Of a DNA stretch of 64,000 bases, positions 1 through 10,031 are shown in pieces. The notes below the pieces were generated by a model, which had not been told where the DNA came from, searched no databases, and was given only the letters and a program-made list of their open reading frames with translations. Location: the NCBI GenBank assembly GCA_963667255.1, contig OY762940.1, positions 320,001 to 384,000 on the forward strand. The letters run 5' to 3'. Each line of letters starts with the position of its first letter. The stretch's first letter is position 1. The translations under genes were made by a program, and so were the position numbers. Origin of the DNA: Candidatus Cloacimonadota bacterium (GTDB taxonomy: Bacteria > Cloacimonadota > Cloacimonadia > G963667145).

Positions 1-335
1 AAAATCTTCTCAAAGGTGTCTTCAAACAACAAACCCAAAATACCCGTCACAAATGTTGCCGACAAAAGAAAGAGAACTTCCCGACGAGCCGAGAGTGTCT
101 CCACATCTTTGTTGCCAAACTTAAAAAATTTGCAAATCAATCTCGCCAAATCTCGACGAAAATAGATTAAAACCGCCAACAACGAGCCAAGATGCAAAAC
201 GATTTCCAAAGAGACATTGTTGCTCTCCATTCCCAAAAAATGCTGAAAGATTACCAAATGCCCCGAAGAACTAATCGGCAGAAATTCACTCAACCCTTGG
301 ATAATCCCCAAACCAATAATTTTCAAATAATGCAC
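1..335 (-). CDS. uppP: Undecaprenyl-diphosphatase (BacA/UppP), 3' part outside the window
   Basis: Not in the ORF track; manual translation from GTG at 335 gives VHYLKIIGLGIIQGLSEFLPISSSGHL...LHLGSLLAVLIYFRRDL, the BacA signature. GGAGG RBS at 341-345 on the minus strand. Confidence 0.92.
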   Translation of the reverse strand, partial: MHYLKIIGLGIIQGLSEFLPISSSGHLVIFQHFLGMESNNVSLEIVLHLGSLLAVLIYFRRDLARLICKFFKFGNKDVETLSARREVLFLLSATFVTGILGLLFEDTFEKI

Positions 336-359
336 GCAATCCTCCGAAACAAAAACCCG

Positions 360-1553
360 CTAATATCTGTTCCCATACACAAACAGCTCTGAAACTGGAA
401 CAAGCTCGTATCCCAACTTCTTCGCCTCATTCACAAACAAAATCAGATTGTCCAACCGCTCTTGGTCGAAACAGTGGGAAATCACGACAACTTCCTTACG
501 ACTACCCTTCCACTTCTTCAGGATTTTGAGGTTATTCATTACACCTGCTCTACCTGGATCAGGATCATCCAAAAACAAATCCCGTTTCGCTGTCGGCATC
601 AGCTTTTCTCTCGCCATATCGTAAGCCTTGGACTCCGAAATAGTGCGACTATCCACAAAGAACATATCCATCTCTTTCAACTCATCCAAGACTATATTCA
701 TCACCCGCTCATCCTGAGTCGCTCTCGAACCCATATGGTTATTGGCACCGATGGCTTTCGGAAGAGTCGTAAAATAGCTTTTCATTCGTTTTTTAATCTC
801 GGCATCGCCCAAATCAACCATAATCGCATTTTCTCCAGGGGAGTTCTTCGGATAGCTCAGAGGCTCCATCGGTATGTGAATAAGCACCTCGTGTCCACTG
901 GCAACCGCAGCATCCATCACCTCTTTGGAATACTGCAAATCCGGCAAAACAGCAAAAGCTATCTCCTTGTAAGATTTGCAAAAATTGAACAGAAGCTCGC
1001 CTCTGTATTCCCCGAAATCGTCTATGATAACAGCAAATTTCGGAGATTGGCTCTCTATCTCAGATTGCTTGAGATAACCGATAGAAATCGAATAAATTCC
1101 TCCGTCTTTCGCTCTGGCAATTATTTGATGTTCCCTATCCTCCAAAAGCACCGAAGACTCCAAAACAGAACTACCCTCGTCCTTCAGCAATTTATCGAGA
1201 GCAAGTGTCATAAAAGTAATTTCCAACTTGGATTTATCCAATCTAATCCGCAAAATTACCGAACCGTCCACATCGGAATCAAAAGAAAAATTTTTCCCCA
1301 TTTTGAGATTCATCTTGATTAGAATCTCAGCCAATTTCCCTTTCAGCCCTTCGAAACCGGATGTCGCAATTTCTGTCTCTTCAACTTTTTGAGTTTCTCC
1401 CTTATCTCCCAACCCTATATATTTGCTGAGGTCAAATCTCTCCTCGCTACCTCGCCACAAATAGTAACCACCCATAACTATCACAAAGACAACGAGAAGA
1501 TGAATCCCAACCACAAAAAGATTGCTCTTCTTCTTCCGCAGTTTCTTACTCAT
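360..1553 (-). CDS. Divergent polysaccharide deacetylase family protein (YibQ-like) with N-terminal membrane anchor
   Basis: AVIIDDFG, GHEVLIHIPMEP, GANNHMGS, FFVDSRT and RDLFLD motifs; basic N-terminus plus TM helix. Start moved to the ATG at 1553 because the upstream extension overlaps the previous gene. Confidence 0.85.
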   Translation of the reverse strand: MSKKLRKKKSNLFVVGIHLLVVFVIVMGGYYLWRGSEERFDLSKYIGLGDKGETQKVEETEIATSGFEGLKGKLAEILIKMNLKMGKNFSFDSDVDGSVILRIRLDKSKLEITFMTLALDKLLKDEGSSVLESSVLLEDREHQIIARAKDGGIYSISIGYLKQSEIESQSPKFAVIIDDFGEYRGELLFNFCKSYKEIAFAVLPDLQYSKEVMDAAVASGHEVLIHIPMEPLSYPKNSPGENAIMVDLGDAEIKKRMKSYFTTLPKAIGANNHMGSRATQDERVMNIVLDELKEMDMFFVDSRTISESKAYDMAREKLMPTAKRDLFLDDPDPGRAGVMNNLKILKKWKGSRKEVVVISHCFDQERLDNLILFVNEAKKLGYELVPVSELFVYGNRY

Positions 1554-1839
1554 CACTCTCTCCTTCCTCGATAAATTTGACGACCGTCTCCCCTTCCTTC
1601 TGCAAGCCATACTCCTCTCTGGCGATTTTTTCCAGTTGCAAATCACCCTTTTTCATCTCATCATATTGCACTTTCAGTTTCGCATTTCCCACATTCAATT
1701 TCTCTTCAATTCTCCGTAACTCATGCAATTTTTTGGAAGAGGAATAGCGACTATAAAAACTTCCTGAACCCCAAAACAAAATCTTAACAAGCAAAAACAA
1801 AGTAAACACAGCCAGCCCAACAAAAATAACTCTTTTCAT
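1546..1839 (-). CDS. Septum formation initiator (FtsB/DivIC family)
   Basis: 97 aa, TM helix, coiled coil, LEKIAREEYGLQKEGE motif. Confidence 0.8.
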   Translation of the reverse strand: MKRVIFVGLAVFTLFLLVKILFWGSGSFYSRYSSSKKLHELRRIEEKLNVGNAKLKVQYDEMKKGDLQLEKIAREEYGLQKEGETVVKFIEEGESDE

Positions 1840-2399
1840 TTCCTCACTTTCTCATAAAAATCAACAATCTCTTCCCGCACTTCCATCGGAAGAAACGAAG
1901 AGAACCTTCTCGGATTTTCTCGGATTTGGGATGAACTTACATTGACCAAATCCATACCGACAAACTCCAATCTATCCAAATGGTTAAGCCCGTGCCAACA
2001 ATCTTTGTTCTTTCTGGAAACCACCACAAACTGAATGTTCTCCAGTAGCCACTCGATGTCGTGCCACTCTCCCAATCCACCAACATTATCTTCGCCAATG
2101 ATGAAGTAATATTTATGCCCGAGAGAAAATATTTTCTTTATCAACTCCGCTGTATAACTCACTTCCCCCGCACTCTTGTCAAAATCCATAACCTTGAATT
2201 TATCGTAACTCGCCACAGCTCCAACCAGCCACTTCTTCCGTGTCTCAAAATCTGCAAACTCATCTTTGAACCGATGATTTCCCGAGGGCAAAAACCAAAT
2301 CTCGTTAAGCCCAAGAGCTTTTTGCACAGTGTCCGCCGCCGACAAATGCCCGATATGCACAGGGTCGAAAGCACCGCCCAAAAGCCCTATTCGCTTCAT
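1836..2399 (-). CDS. nadD: Nicotinate-nucleotide adenylyltransferase
   Basis: GGAFDPVHIGH (HxGH), SYT, FIIGED, WH, VSSSQIR motifs. Confidence 0.93.
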   Translation of the reverse strand: MKRIGLLGGAFDPVHIGHLSAADTVQKALGLNEIWFLPSGNHRFKDEFADFETRKKWLVGAVASYDKFKVMDFDKSAGEVSYTAELIKKIFSLGHKYYFIIGEDNVGGLGEWHDIEWLLENIQFVVVSRKNKDCWHGLNHLDRLEFVGMDLVNVSSSQIRENPRRFSSFLPMEVREEIVDFYEKVRK

Positions 2400-3124
2400 A
2401 AACTCTTTAGTCTTCGCTCTATGTCCAAAGCCTCGGAACTCTTGGGAAAATAGTAACTCAAATCTTCGGAATAAGATTTGGCATCCACCTTATTTTTCCG
2501 CACAATATACATCCGGCACAAGTAATACAAACTCATCTTGACGGCATCCACGCTCTCTCCGCTCAGCTCGTCCAAAACCTCTTTGAAATAAAGCTCCGCA
2601 GAAGAATAGTCGTGAATCTTAAAATAGATGTATCCGTTGTAATATTTTTTCAGACTGAGTTGGAAATTCGCCTCTTCCAAAAGCTTTTTGACCTCATCGA
2701 CCCTCTCATCATAAGGAAACGATGTCAAAAACTGCTCCAAAATTTTTATCTCTTCGCAGCGTTCTTTTTGGTCATAATGCGGACTCAACGCTATATTCTT
2801 GTAGCAAATAGCCAAATTGAAATAAACCTCGTTTAGCTTGTCAAATCGCGGATAATCGGCGATAATCTGCTTATATTCCAGAGAAGCCAAATCGTATTCC
2901 TCCCTCTGCATATAGCAGTCCGCCAACTTGAAACTGACCTCTTCCGTGTTGCTACCTATCTTTTGGAAAACTACCGCATCGTAATAAGGAATCGCCTTGC
3001 CGAATTTGCCCATCTCATAATATTTATCCCCCTCGGCGATTTTCTCCTCCAAACTCATCTTGTCAATTTTCGCTCCGGCACAACCGAAGAAAAGCACAAC
3101 CAAAAATAAAGAAAGATACCTCAT
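2396..3124 (-). CDS. bamD: Outer membrane protein assembly factor BamD-like TPR lipoprotein
   Basis: Lipobox (FFGC), TPR helices, SPHYDQ and FLTSFP motifs typical of BamD/YfiO. Confidence 0.75.
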   Translation of the reverse strand: MRYLSLFLVVLFFGCAGAKIDKMSLEEKIAEGDKYYEMGKFGKAIPYYDAVVFQKIGSNTEEVSFKLADCYMQREEYDLASLEYKQIIADYPRFDKLNEVYFNLAICYKNIALSPHYDQKERCEEIKILEQFLTSFPYDERVDEVKKLLEEANFQLSLKKYYNGYIYFKIHDYSSAELYFKEVLDELSGESVDAVKMSLYYLCRMYIVRKNKVDAKSYSEDLSYYFPKSSEALDIERRLKSL

Positions 3125-4639
3125 CTACATCATCCCCCGCTTGGGCACATAGTCAAAAAATTCGTGTCGATTGTCCTCAATCCTCAAGCCTCTGACTTGC
3201 TCGGAAAACCACATATTGAAGTCGTTATAACTTTTGGATTGCTTAATCGACTTGCGTAAAGACTCCTCTCTCTTGCCAAACTCTTTCCAGTCAAGCTCCG
3301 GTCTGGCGGACACATAGCCGATGACAGCACCTCTGCCTGCCAATGTATCGACTATCAACCCCGTATATTCGCCCTTATTCAAATCGAACAAAGCGTCCGA
3401 CAAAGTCGGGAAAGAACCCAACTCGGGAAGAGCATCGCCAACTTTTATCCGCTTGGCAGTAACAACCTCAGCACCCTTCTCTTTCTTGGCTCTGGTCAGA
3501 TAGTTCGTCTTGCCCTCATAAAATTTTTGAGCATTGTTTATACCAGTCCGAATTTGATTTTGGAAATCCAAAGCCTTTCTCAAATTGTCCTTGATTTGCT
3601 CGAAAGAGAAGATAGGCGAAATGTCAATCCCGCTCAAACAAAAGACAACCAAAGACTTTTCCGTCTCCAAAATCTGTGAACAATCGCCGACAGCAGCAGT
3701 CGTGAACATTTGAGCAGTCAAAGAATCGTTAGCACCCACTACGGGGAAAACAGGCGATGCCTTCAGCACAAACTCACTCTTCTCGGACTTCAGCCCCAGC
3801 TCTTTTACAGCCAATTTGAAACCCTTCTCTTTGCTCAGAGCCAGCAAATTTTCCAACTTCTTCTTGGCACTCTTTTTCGTCTTGGGACCATTGAACTTCA
3901 AACTAACATAATCAAAACTTCTGCTCTCGCCTTTTTGGAAACCTTGCTTGTTAGCCTCGTAAAATTGCTCCAACTCCTCATCAGTAACCCTTTTAACATT
4001 CGTCACTTTTTGCGGATTGAACCAAATAATTTTGGCATCTATCATCTGATTATCGTCGATATATTTTTGGCGGACATCGTCATCGGAAACAAAAATCTCG
4101 CCGACAACCTCTTTCTGCAAATTCTCTATCATCAATCTTTGCTTGTAGATAGACTCCAGAGCCGTGAGATTAAGCTGTCCCAAACGCAAAGCCTGAAGGT
4201 ATTTCTCCTTGTCAAACTTGCCATCGGTAAGAAACTCCTTCATCTTCATCACTTCCGGCAAAGGCTCGTCCTTGATAGCTTGAGCAAGTTGCTTGGCACT
4301 CACCTCAACATCATAGTCATCAATAGCTTTGTCGATAATGTAGTCCTGTATCATCTGAAACCAAACTCGCTCGTTTATCTCCGCCACTTGCTTATTGGTC
4401 AGTTGGACATCATCTCCCAAAGAAGATTTGTAGTTATAAAGTGCCGCTTCCAAATTTTTGGCAAACTCTTGAACGGTTATTTTTTTATTTCCAATGCGAC
4501 CCAAGTTATTCTTACTCTTGGACATCACTCCGCTAAGTCCCATCAAAGCCATTCCACCCACAAACAAAACAGCAGTGATAATAATTACCACCTTGGAATG
4601 TTTTCTCAAAATATGCATAATAAAATTCGCTCCTTTCAA
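3125..4639 (-). CDS. SurA N-terminal domain / PpiD-like periplasmic chaperone
   Basis: N-terminal TM, IGNKKITVQEF, DGKFDKEKY, VSDDDVRQKY and VTDEELEQFYEANK motifs of PpiD-like proteins. Confidence 0.75.
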   Translation of the reverse strand: MKGANFIMHILRKHSKVVIIITAVLFVGGMALMGLSGVMSKSKNNLGRIGNKKITVQEFAKNLEAALYNYKSSLGDDVQLTNKQVAEINERVWFQMIQDYIIDKAIDDYDVEVSAKQLAQAIKDEPLPEVMKMKEFLTDGKFDKEKYLQALRLGQLNLTALESIYKQRLMIENLQKEVVGEIFVSDDDVRQKYIDDNQMIDAKIIWFNPQKVTNVKRVTDEELEQFYEANKQGFQKGESRSFDYVSLKFNGPKTKKSAKKKLENLLALSKEKGFKLAVKELGLKSEKSEFVLKASPVFPVVGANDSLTAQMFTTAAVGDCSQILETEKSLVVFCLSGIDISPIFSFEQIKDNLRKALDFQNQIRTGINNAQKFYEGKTNYLTRAKKEKGAEVVTAKRIKVGDALPELGSFPTLSDALFDLNKGEYTGLIVDTLAGRGAVIGYVSARPELDWKEFGKREESLRKSIKQSKSYNDFNMWFSEQVRGLRIEDNRHEFFDYVPKRGMM

Positions 4640-4799
4640 ATCACACTATTTTTGACTAACTCTCAGCATTCTCAAATCTTGACAAGACAAAAAAACAAAT
4701 TTCCCAAGTTTAACAAAAGAACCATCCAAAATGGTTGTATTTTTTGTCCGATAAATGTCTTGACAAAGATTTCCAACTCGAAATCCTCTACGAAATTTT

Positions 4800-5633
4800 A
4801 TGAATAAGGTGGATTTTATGACAAACAGTCTAAAATTGGGTTCAAAAGCAAGTAAAAAAGACAGCACAATTATCGAAGTGAACGGTGTAAAAATCGGCAA
4901 AGATTTCGTTTTGATGGCTGGTCCCTGTGCTGTGGAATCCTTGGAACAAACTGTGCAAACTGCCAAAATGGTAAAATCTGCCGGAGCCAATTTCCTCAGA
5001 GGCGGTGCTTTCAAGCCGAGAACTTCTCCTTACGACTTCCAAGGCTTAGGCTTGGAAGGTCTGAAAATATTGGAAGAAGCAAAAAAAGAAACCGGTTTGC
5101 CGATTGTCTCCGAGGTTATCGACCCGAGAGATGTAAACTGGATATGCCAATATGTGGACATCCTGCAAGTCGGTGCTCGCAATATGCAAAACTTCTCTCT
5201 GCTCAAAGAGATAGGAAAATCGAAAAAGCCAGTAATCCTCAAACGAGGTATGTATTCCACCCTCAAAGAGTGGCTCAATTGTGCGGAATATATCCTCTCC
5301 GAAGGCAACCCCAATGTTATCCTCTGCGAGCGAGGCATCAGGACTTTTGAGACTTACACTCGCAATACCTTGGACTTGAGCATCGTTCCTGCGGCAAAAG
5401 AGACCTCGCATCTGCCTATCATCGTTGACCCATCGCACGCTACTGGCAAATTGTCCCTAATCGAGCCGATGTCACTTGCTGCACTGGCTGCCGGAGCAGA
5501 CGGACTCATCGTGGAGGCACACATCAACCCATCCTGTGCACTGTGTGACGGTCCACAACAATTGGACGGCGAGATGTTCCCCGCTTTTGCCAAGAAAATG
5601 AAGAAAATGCACTCACTTTTAAAAGAATTATAA
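4800..5633 (+). CDS. aroF: DAHP synthase, type I-beta, without N-terminal regulatory domain
   Basis: AGPCAVES, RGGAFKPRTSPYDFQG, QVGARNMQN, LKRG, CERGIRTFE, DPSH, CDG motifs. Confidence 0.95.
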   Translation: MNKVDFMTNSLKLGSKASKKDSTIIEVNGVKIGKDFVLMAGPCAVESLEQTVQTAKMVKSAGANFLRGGAFKPRTSPYDFQGLGLEGLKILEEAKKETGLPIVSEVIDPRDVNWICQYVDILQVGARNMQNFSLLKEIGKSKKPVILKRGMYSTLKEWLNCAEYILSEGNPNVILCERGIRTFETYTRNTLDLSIVPAAKETSHLPIIVDPSHATGKLSLIEPMSLAALAAGADGLIVEAHINPSCALCDGPQQLDGEMFPAFAKKMKKMHSLLKEL

Positions 5634-5645
5634 TCGGAAGAACTA

Positions 5646-6716
5646 ATGAAAAAAGAACAAAATTTGGAAATTTTACGCCAAAAAATCGACTCGGTTGACA
5701 AGCAAATCTTGAGCCTGATAAATCAGAGAATGGAATTTGCCATCAGAACCACCAAATACAAAAAAGAGATTAAAGATGCCGAGAGAGAAAAATTTATCTT
5801 AGACAACATTAACAAATCCGATTACCCGTTGCTTGGCAAGGAGTTGCCACAAAAAATATACAATGCTATCCTTGAGCATAGTTGCGGATTGCAAGACAAG
5901 AAAGTCCCGACTATCGGCTTCCAAGGTGTGCACGGAGCGTATAGCCAAATGGCTGCAAAACAATGGGATGAGGATATGATAACTTTGCCCTGCAAGAGTT
6001 TTGAAGAGATATTTGAAGGCGTGCAAAACGACATCTTCGACTACGGTATCGTCCCCATAGAAAACAACTTGGGTGGAGTAATCGGCGGAGTGAATGCACT
6101 CCTGCTCAGTCACGAAGATATCAGCATTATTGGCGGGATGAACTTCCCCGTAAACCACTGCCTGCTCTGCAACCAAAATGCCAACTATCGCGATTTGAAA
6201 AATGTCTATTCGCATTATCAGGCTTTGGCTCAATGTAGCGATTTCATAGAAGATTTGGAGTTGATTACCCATATTTACTACGATACCGCCGGTGCAGCGA
6301 AAATGATTAGCGAAAAAGACCCCGACTCTTCTGCCGCCATCGCCAGTGAATTGGCTGCTGAGTTTTACGGACTGAAGATTCTCAAAAAGAACATCGCCAA
6401 CACGCCTCACAATCGCACTCGCTTCTTCATCATCTCCAAGAATGAAAAGCCCAAAACGACAAACCGCTGTTCCATAGTCTTTTCTTGCCCACACACCGTC
6501 GGCTCTTTGGGAGAGATTATCAAAATATTCTCCGACAACAAAATCAACCTCACTCGTTTGGAATCTTTTTATCCTGGCGATGGTAGCCTCAAGTTTTTTA
6601 CAGATTTCCAACTTCCAGAAAACCCCGAAGCGTTCGACAAACTTCTCGACATTTTGGGAGAAGCAACCATAGAATTAAAAATCCTGGGCAAATATCAGGA
6701 AAAAGAAGAAAAATGA
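5646..6716 (+). CDS. pheA: Chorismate mutase / prephenate dehydratase (P-protein)
   Basis: N-terminal LRQKIDSVD (CM) domain; FQGVHGAYS, VPIEN, SHYQALAQC, NRTRF; C-terminal ACT domain INLTRLES. Confidence 0.93.
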   Translation: MKKEQNLEILRQKIDSVDKQILSLINQRMEFAIRTTKYKKEIKDAEREKFILDNINKSDYPLLGKELPQKIYNAILEHSCGLQDKKVPTIGFQGVHGAYSQMAAKQWDEDMITLPCKSFEEIFEGVQNDIFDYGIVPIENNLGGVIGGVNALLLSHEDISIIGGMNFPVNHCLLCNQNANYRDLKNVYSHYQALAQCSDFIEDLELITHIYYDTAGAAKMISEKDPDSSAAIASELAAEFYGLKILKKNIANTPHNRTRFFIISKNEKPKTTNRCSIVFSCPHTVGSLGEIIKIFSDNKINLTRLESFYPGDGSLKFFTDFQLPENPEAFDKLLDILGEATIELKILGKYQEKEEK

Positions 6717-7489
6717 AAATAGTAATCCTCGGTGCCGGACACATGGGTTCTTGGATAGCCAAAGAGTTGTCCAAAGAGCACCAAACCTACATTTATGACA
6801 AAGACAGTGACCGCTTGGCACAGATAAAAAGTTCTAAAATTTTGAACAGCTTGGAAGAGATAAGAGAGATTGACCCCGAACTATTGATAAATGCGGTCAG
6901 CTTGCCCAAGACAAAAGAGGTTTTTAACGCTGTAATCCCTTTGCTCTCAAAGAGATGTATGCTCTGCGACTTAGCCTCGGTAAAAGGAGATTTGGGAGCT
7001 TTCTACCAAGAAACAGGCTTCCCGTTCGTCTCTATCCATCCGATGTTCGGACCGACCTTTGCCAATGTTGAAAACTTAGCTAACGAAAATGTAATCATCA
7101 TCAAAGAATCTTGCGAAAAAGGCAAAAAGTTCTTCATCGAGTTCTCCAATAAACTGGGACTGAAGATTTTCAACTACACCTTCCAGCAACACGACGAAGA
7201 GGTCGCTTACTCCTTGGGTATCCCCTTCTCCGCTTCGTTGGTCTTTGCCTCGTGCATCAGCAATATCGATGCTCCGGGCACTACTCATCGCAAGCATATG
7301 CAAACAGCCAGAGGTGTCCTGAGCGAAGACGATTTTCTTCTGTCGGAGATACTCTTCAACCCGAAAGTAATCCCTCAAATAGAAAACATCAACTCCAAAC
7401 TTTCGTATCTGACACACATCATAAAAAGCCGTAACACTGCGATTATGAAAGAGTTTTTGGACGAACTGCGAAAAAATATCGGTTTATGA
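6713..7489 (+). CDS. tyrA: Prephenate dehydrogenase
   Basis: GAGHMG Rossmann motif, DLASVK, SIHPMFGP, HD motif; lies inside the aromatic operon. Confidence 0.88.
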   Translation: MKIVILGAGHMGSWIAKELSKEHQTYIYDKDSDRLAQIKSSKILNSLEEIREIDPELLINAVSLPKTKEVFNAVIPLLSKRCMLCDLASVKGDLGAFYQETGFPFVSIHPMFGPTFANVENLANENVIIIKESCEKGKKFFIEFSNKLGLKIFNYTFQQHDEEVAYSLGIPFSASLVFASCISNIDAPGTTHRKHMQTARGVLSEDDFLLSEILFNPKVIPQIENINSKLSYLTHIIKSRNTAIMKEFLDELRKNIGL

Positions 7490-8553
7490 ACAAACTCTCT
7501 CTAGAAATACCCTCTTTTACCAAGATTTCTACGATAAATTTTCTGGAAGACCTGCCCAAAATCGATTTCCAAGATAGACCGTCCGCCGTGATTACAGACA
7601 AAAATCTTCACGACCTCTACGGCAATTGGCTGAAACGAAGCTTCCCGAACGCTCTTCTCCACATCATCTCACCCGGGGAACTTAGCAAGAGTCGCCAAGA
7701 AAAAAGCAAAATCGAAGATTTCCTCTTGTCTCACAACTTCCCAAGAAGCGGACAAATAATCGCTTTCGGTGGAGGCGTAGTCGGAGATTTGGCAGGATAT
7801 GTCGCCGCCACCTACAAAAGAGGTGTCGATTTTATCCAAATCCCAACCTCACTCTTGGCAATGGTTGACTCCAGCGTAGGCGGAAAGACAGCCATAAACA
7901 CACCCGCTGGGAAAAATCTCATAGGTGCGTTTTGGCAACCGAAAACCGTGGAAATCTCGCCAAATTTCTTGCAAACTTTAGACCAAGAGCAATTCCTCGG
8001 AGGACTGGCGGAAGTCATCAAAATTGCTATCACTTTCGATGCGGATTTGCTGAACTTCATCAAGCTGAACAAAGACGAAATCCTGAACAAAGAGAAAAAA
8101 ACTATCTTGTATCTCATCCAACAATCCGTCAGCAAGAAGGCTGAGGTGGTGCAAAAAGACGAAACGGAAAAAGGACTGCGAGCATTACTCAACTTCGGAC
8201 ACACCGTCGCTCACGGCATAGAGATTATCTCCGCACACAAAATAATCCACGGAAACGCCGTAGCCCTCGGGATCGCCATCGAATCGATTTTGTCATACCA
8301 AGCAAATAAATTGCCCGAAACCGATTTGCACGAAATTCTGACAATCTTAAAAGAGTTCGGCTATTTAATTCCAATAAACTACGACACCGATGAGCTCATC
8401 GCCATTATGCACAACGACAAGAAAAACAAAGCTAACGATATCCTTTTCGTGGACATTGCGACTATCGGCAAAGCGAACGAGGAGCTAATCTCATTCACTC
8501 CCGAGCAAATATCAGAAGCAATCTCATACTACCAAAAGCATGTTGCAAATTAA
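7486..8553 (+). CDS. aroB: 3-dehydroquinate synthase
   Basis: GGGVVGDLAG, PTSLLAMVDSSVGGKT, KNLIGAFWQP, LNFGHT, HGNAV, DKK motifs. Confidence 0.96.
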   Translation: MNKLSLEIPSFTKISTINFLEDLPKIDFQDRPSAVITDKNLHDLYGNWLKRSFPNALLHIISPGELSKSRQEKSKIEDFLLSHNFPRSGQIIAFGGGVVGDLAGYVAATYKRGVDFIQIPTSLLAMVDSSVGGKTAINTPAGKNLIGAFWQPKTVEISPNFLQTLDQEQFLGGLAEVIKIAITFDADLLNFIKLNKDEILNKEKKTILYLIQQSVSKKAEVVQKDETEKGLRALLNFGHTVAHGIEIISAHKIIHGNAVALGIAIESILSYQANKLPETDLHEILTILKEFGYLIPINYDTDELIAIMHNDKKNKANDILFVDIATIGKANEELISFTPEQISEAISYYQKHVAN

Positions 8554-9799
8554 ACGAAAATCCAAAGCCGAATTACGCAAAATTTTAGACAATCCCGCTA
8601 TCCCCGGTAGCAAATATGAAGCTGTGCGATTGCTCTTTCTTGCTGCTCTGTCCAGCGGCGAAAGCGTTTTAACCGGACTTCCCGATGCACAAGATATATT
8701 GGACGCTATCCAAGTTCTGCAAGATTTGGGAATAGAGATTGAGCACAACGGCTCAACCGCCACAATTCAAGGCTCTAATGGGAAATTTACCCCCAAAAGC
8801 GACAAAATCTATCTCGGCAAATCGGGGACTTTGGCTCGCTTCGTGATACCGTTCGTTGCTCTGCAAAATCAGCCGATTTTCGTAGATGCCGACTCACAAC
8901 TCTGCCTCAGACCAATGCAAGAGATATTCACTGCACTCGCTGAACAAGGCGTGAAAATCACATCAAGAGACGGACACTTGCCGGCAACTATCCAAGGTGG
9001 CACACTTGGCGGAAAGAGAATCGAAATCGATGTCTCCCGAAGTAGCCAATTCTTGAGCGGACTCCTCTTGATAGCCCCAATAGTCGGACTGGAAATAACG
9101 CCGATAGGCAAAATGGTCTCCAAAAGTTTCATCGAGCTAACCCTCGATTTGATGAGAAAATTCGGTGCAACTCCACTCAACACAGAGGGAAGCTACTCAT
9201 TTGCTCCGAGCGGATACAAGCCTCAACGCTACCAACTATCTGCCGACTGGTCATCCGTCAGCTACTTTTTGGGACTGGCTGCCATCACAAACACTCCCGC
9301 AAAAATCGGCAATCTTGACTTCGACAGCAAGCAAGGCGAAGCCGAATTTTACACTCTGCTCTGCCAAATGGGTTGCGAGATTGTCAAAAAAGAAAACAGC
9401 TTGATTTTCAAAAGATGCGATTTGTTGCAAGGCATCGAAGTTGATATGAACTTGCTCCCCGATGTAGTGCCAACTCTAGCGATTATCGCTACTTTTGCCG
9501 AAACCAAAACAACCATTTACAACATCGAACATCTGCGATACAAGGAGTGCGACCGTCTGAATTTGGTTGTCGAAGAGATAAACAAACTCGGTGGATACGC
9601 TCAGGCTTTCGCCGACAAGATGGTCATCTATCCGCAAAAACCGAAAGGTGGCGAAGTAAACACCTATGACGACCACCGCATGGCGATGAGTTTCGCACTT
9701 TTGGGACTCGCCGGCATCCCCTGCTCTATGCAAAATCCCGACTGCGTAAACAAATCTTTCCCCTCATTTTGGGAAATGATGAGAGTCGGAAAATCGTGA
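8540..9799 (+). CDS. aroA: 3-phosphoshikimate 1-carboxyvinyltransferase (EPSP synthase)
   Basis: PGSK, SGT.ARF, RPM, SSQF, KECDR, DDHRMAM, KSFPSFW motifs. Confidence 0.95.
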   Translation: MLQIKRKSKAELRKILDNPAIPGSKYEAVRLLFLAALSSGESVLTGLPDAQDILDAIQVLQDLGIEIEHNGSTATIQGSNGKFTPKSDKIYLGKSGTLARFVIPFVALQNQPIFVDADSQLCLRPMQEIFTALAEQGVKITSRDGHLPATIQGGTLGGKRIEIDVSRSSQFLSGLLLIAPIVGLEITPIGKMVSKSFIELTLDLMRKFGATPLNTEGSYSFAPSGYKPQRYQLSADWSSVSYFLGLAAITNTPAKIGNLDFDSKQGEAEFYTLLCQMGCEIVKKENSLIFKRCDLLQGIEVDMNLLPDVVPTLAIIATFAETKTTIYNIEHLRYKECDRLNLVVEEINKLGGYAQAFADKMVIYPQKPKGGEVNTYDDHRMAMSFALLGLAGIPCSMQNPDCVNKSFPSFWEMMRVGKS

Positions 9800-10031
9800 T
9801 TGAAATCACAAAATAGCAAAGTCAACTTGACAAGATTTTTGGGCGTTCTAAAAAGGACGCCTTTAATTTAAAATAACATACTCAACTTGTTACATTCAAG
9901 ATTGTTACAGCGAAACAATTTTGCCAAAAATCTGCATAAACTTTTGGATTATGCAACCTCAAAATCAATTAAATTGAACTTGCAAATTGTATAAAATTTG
10001 TCAGAATCAAAAACAATAAGGAGAGAAATAT

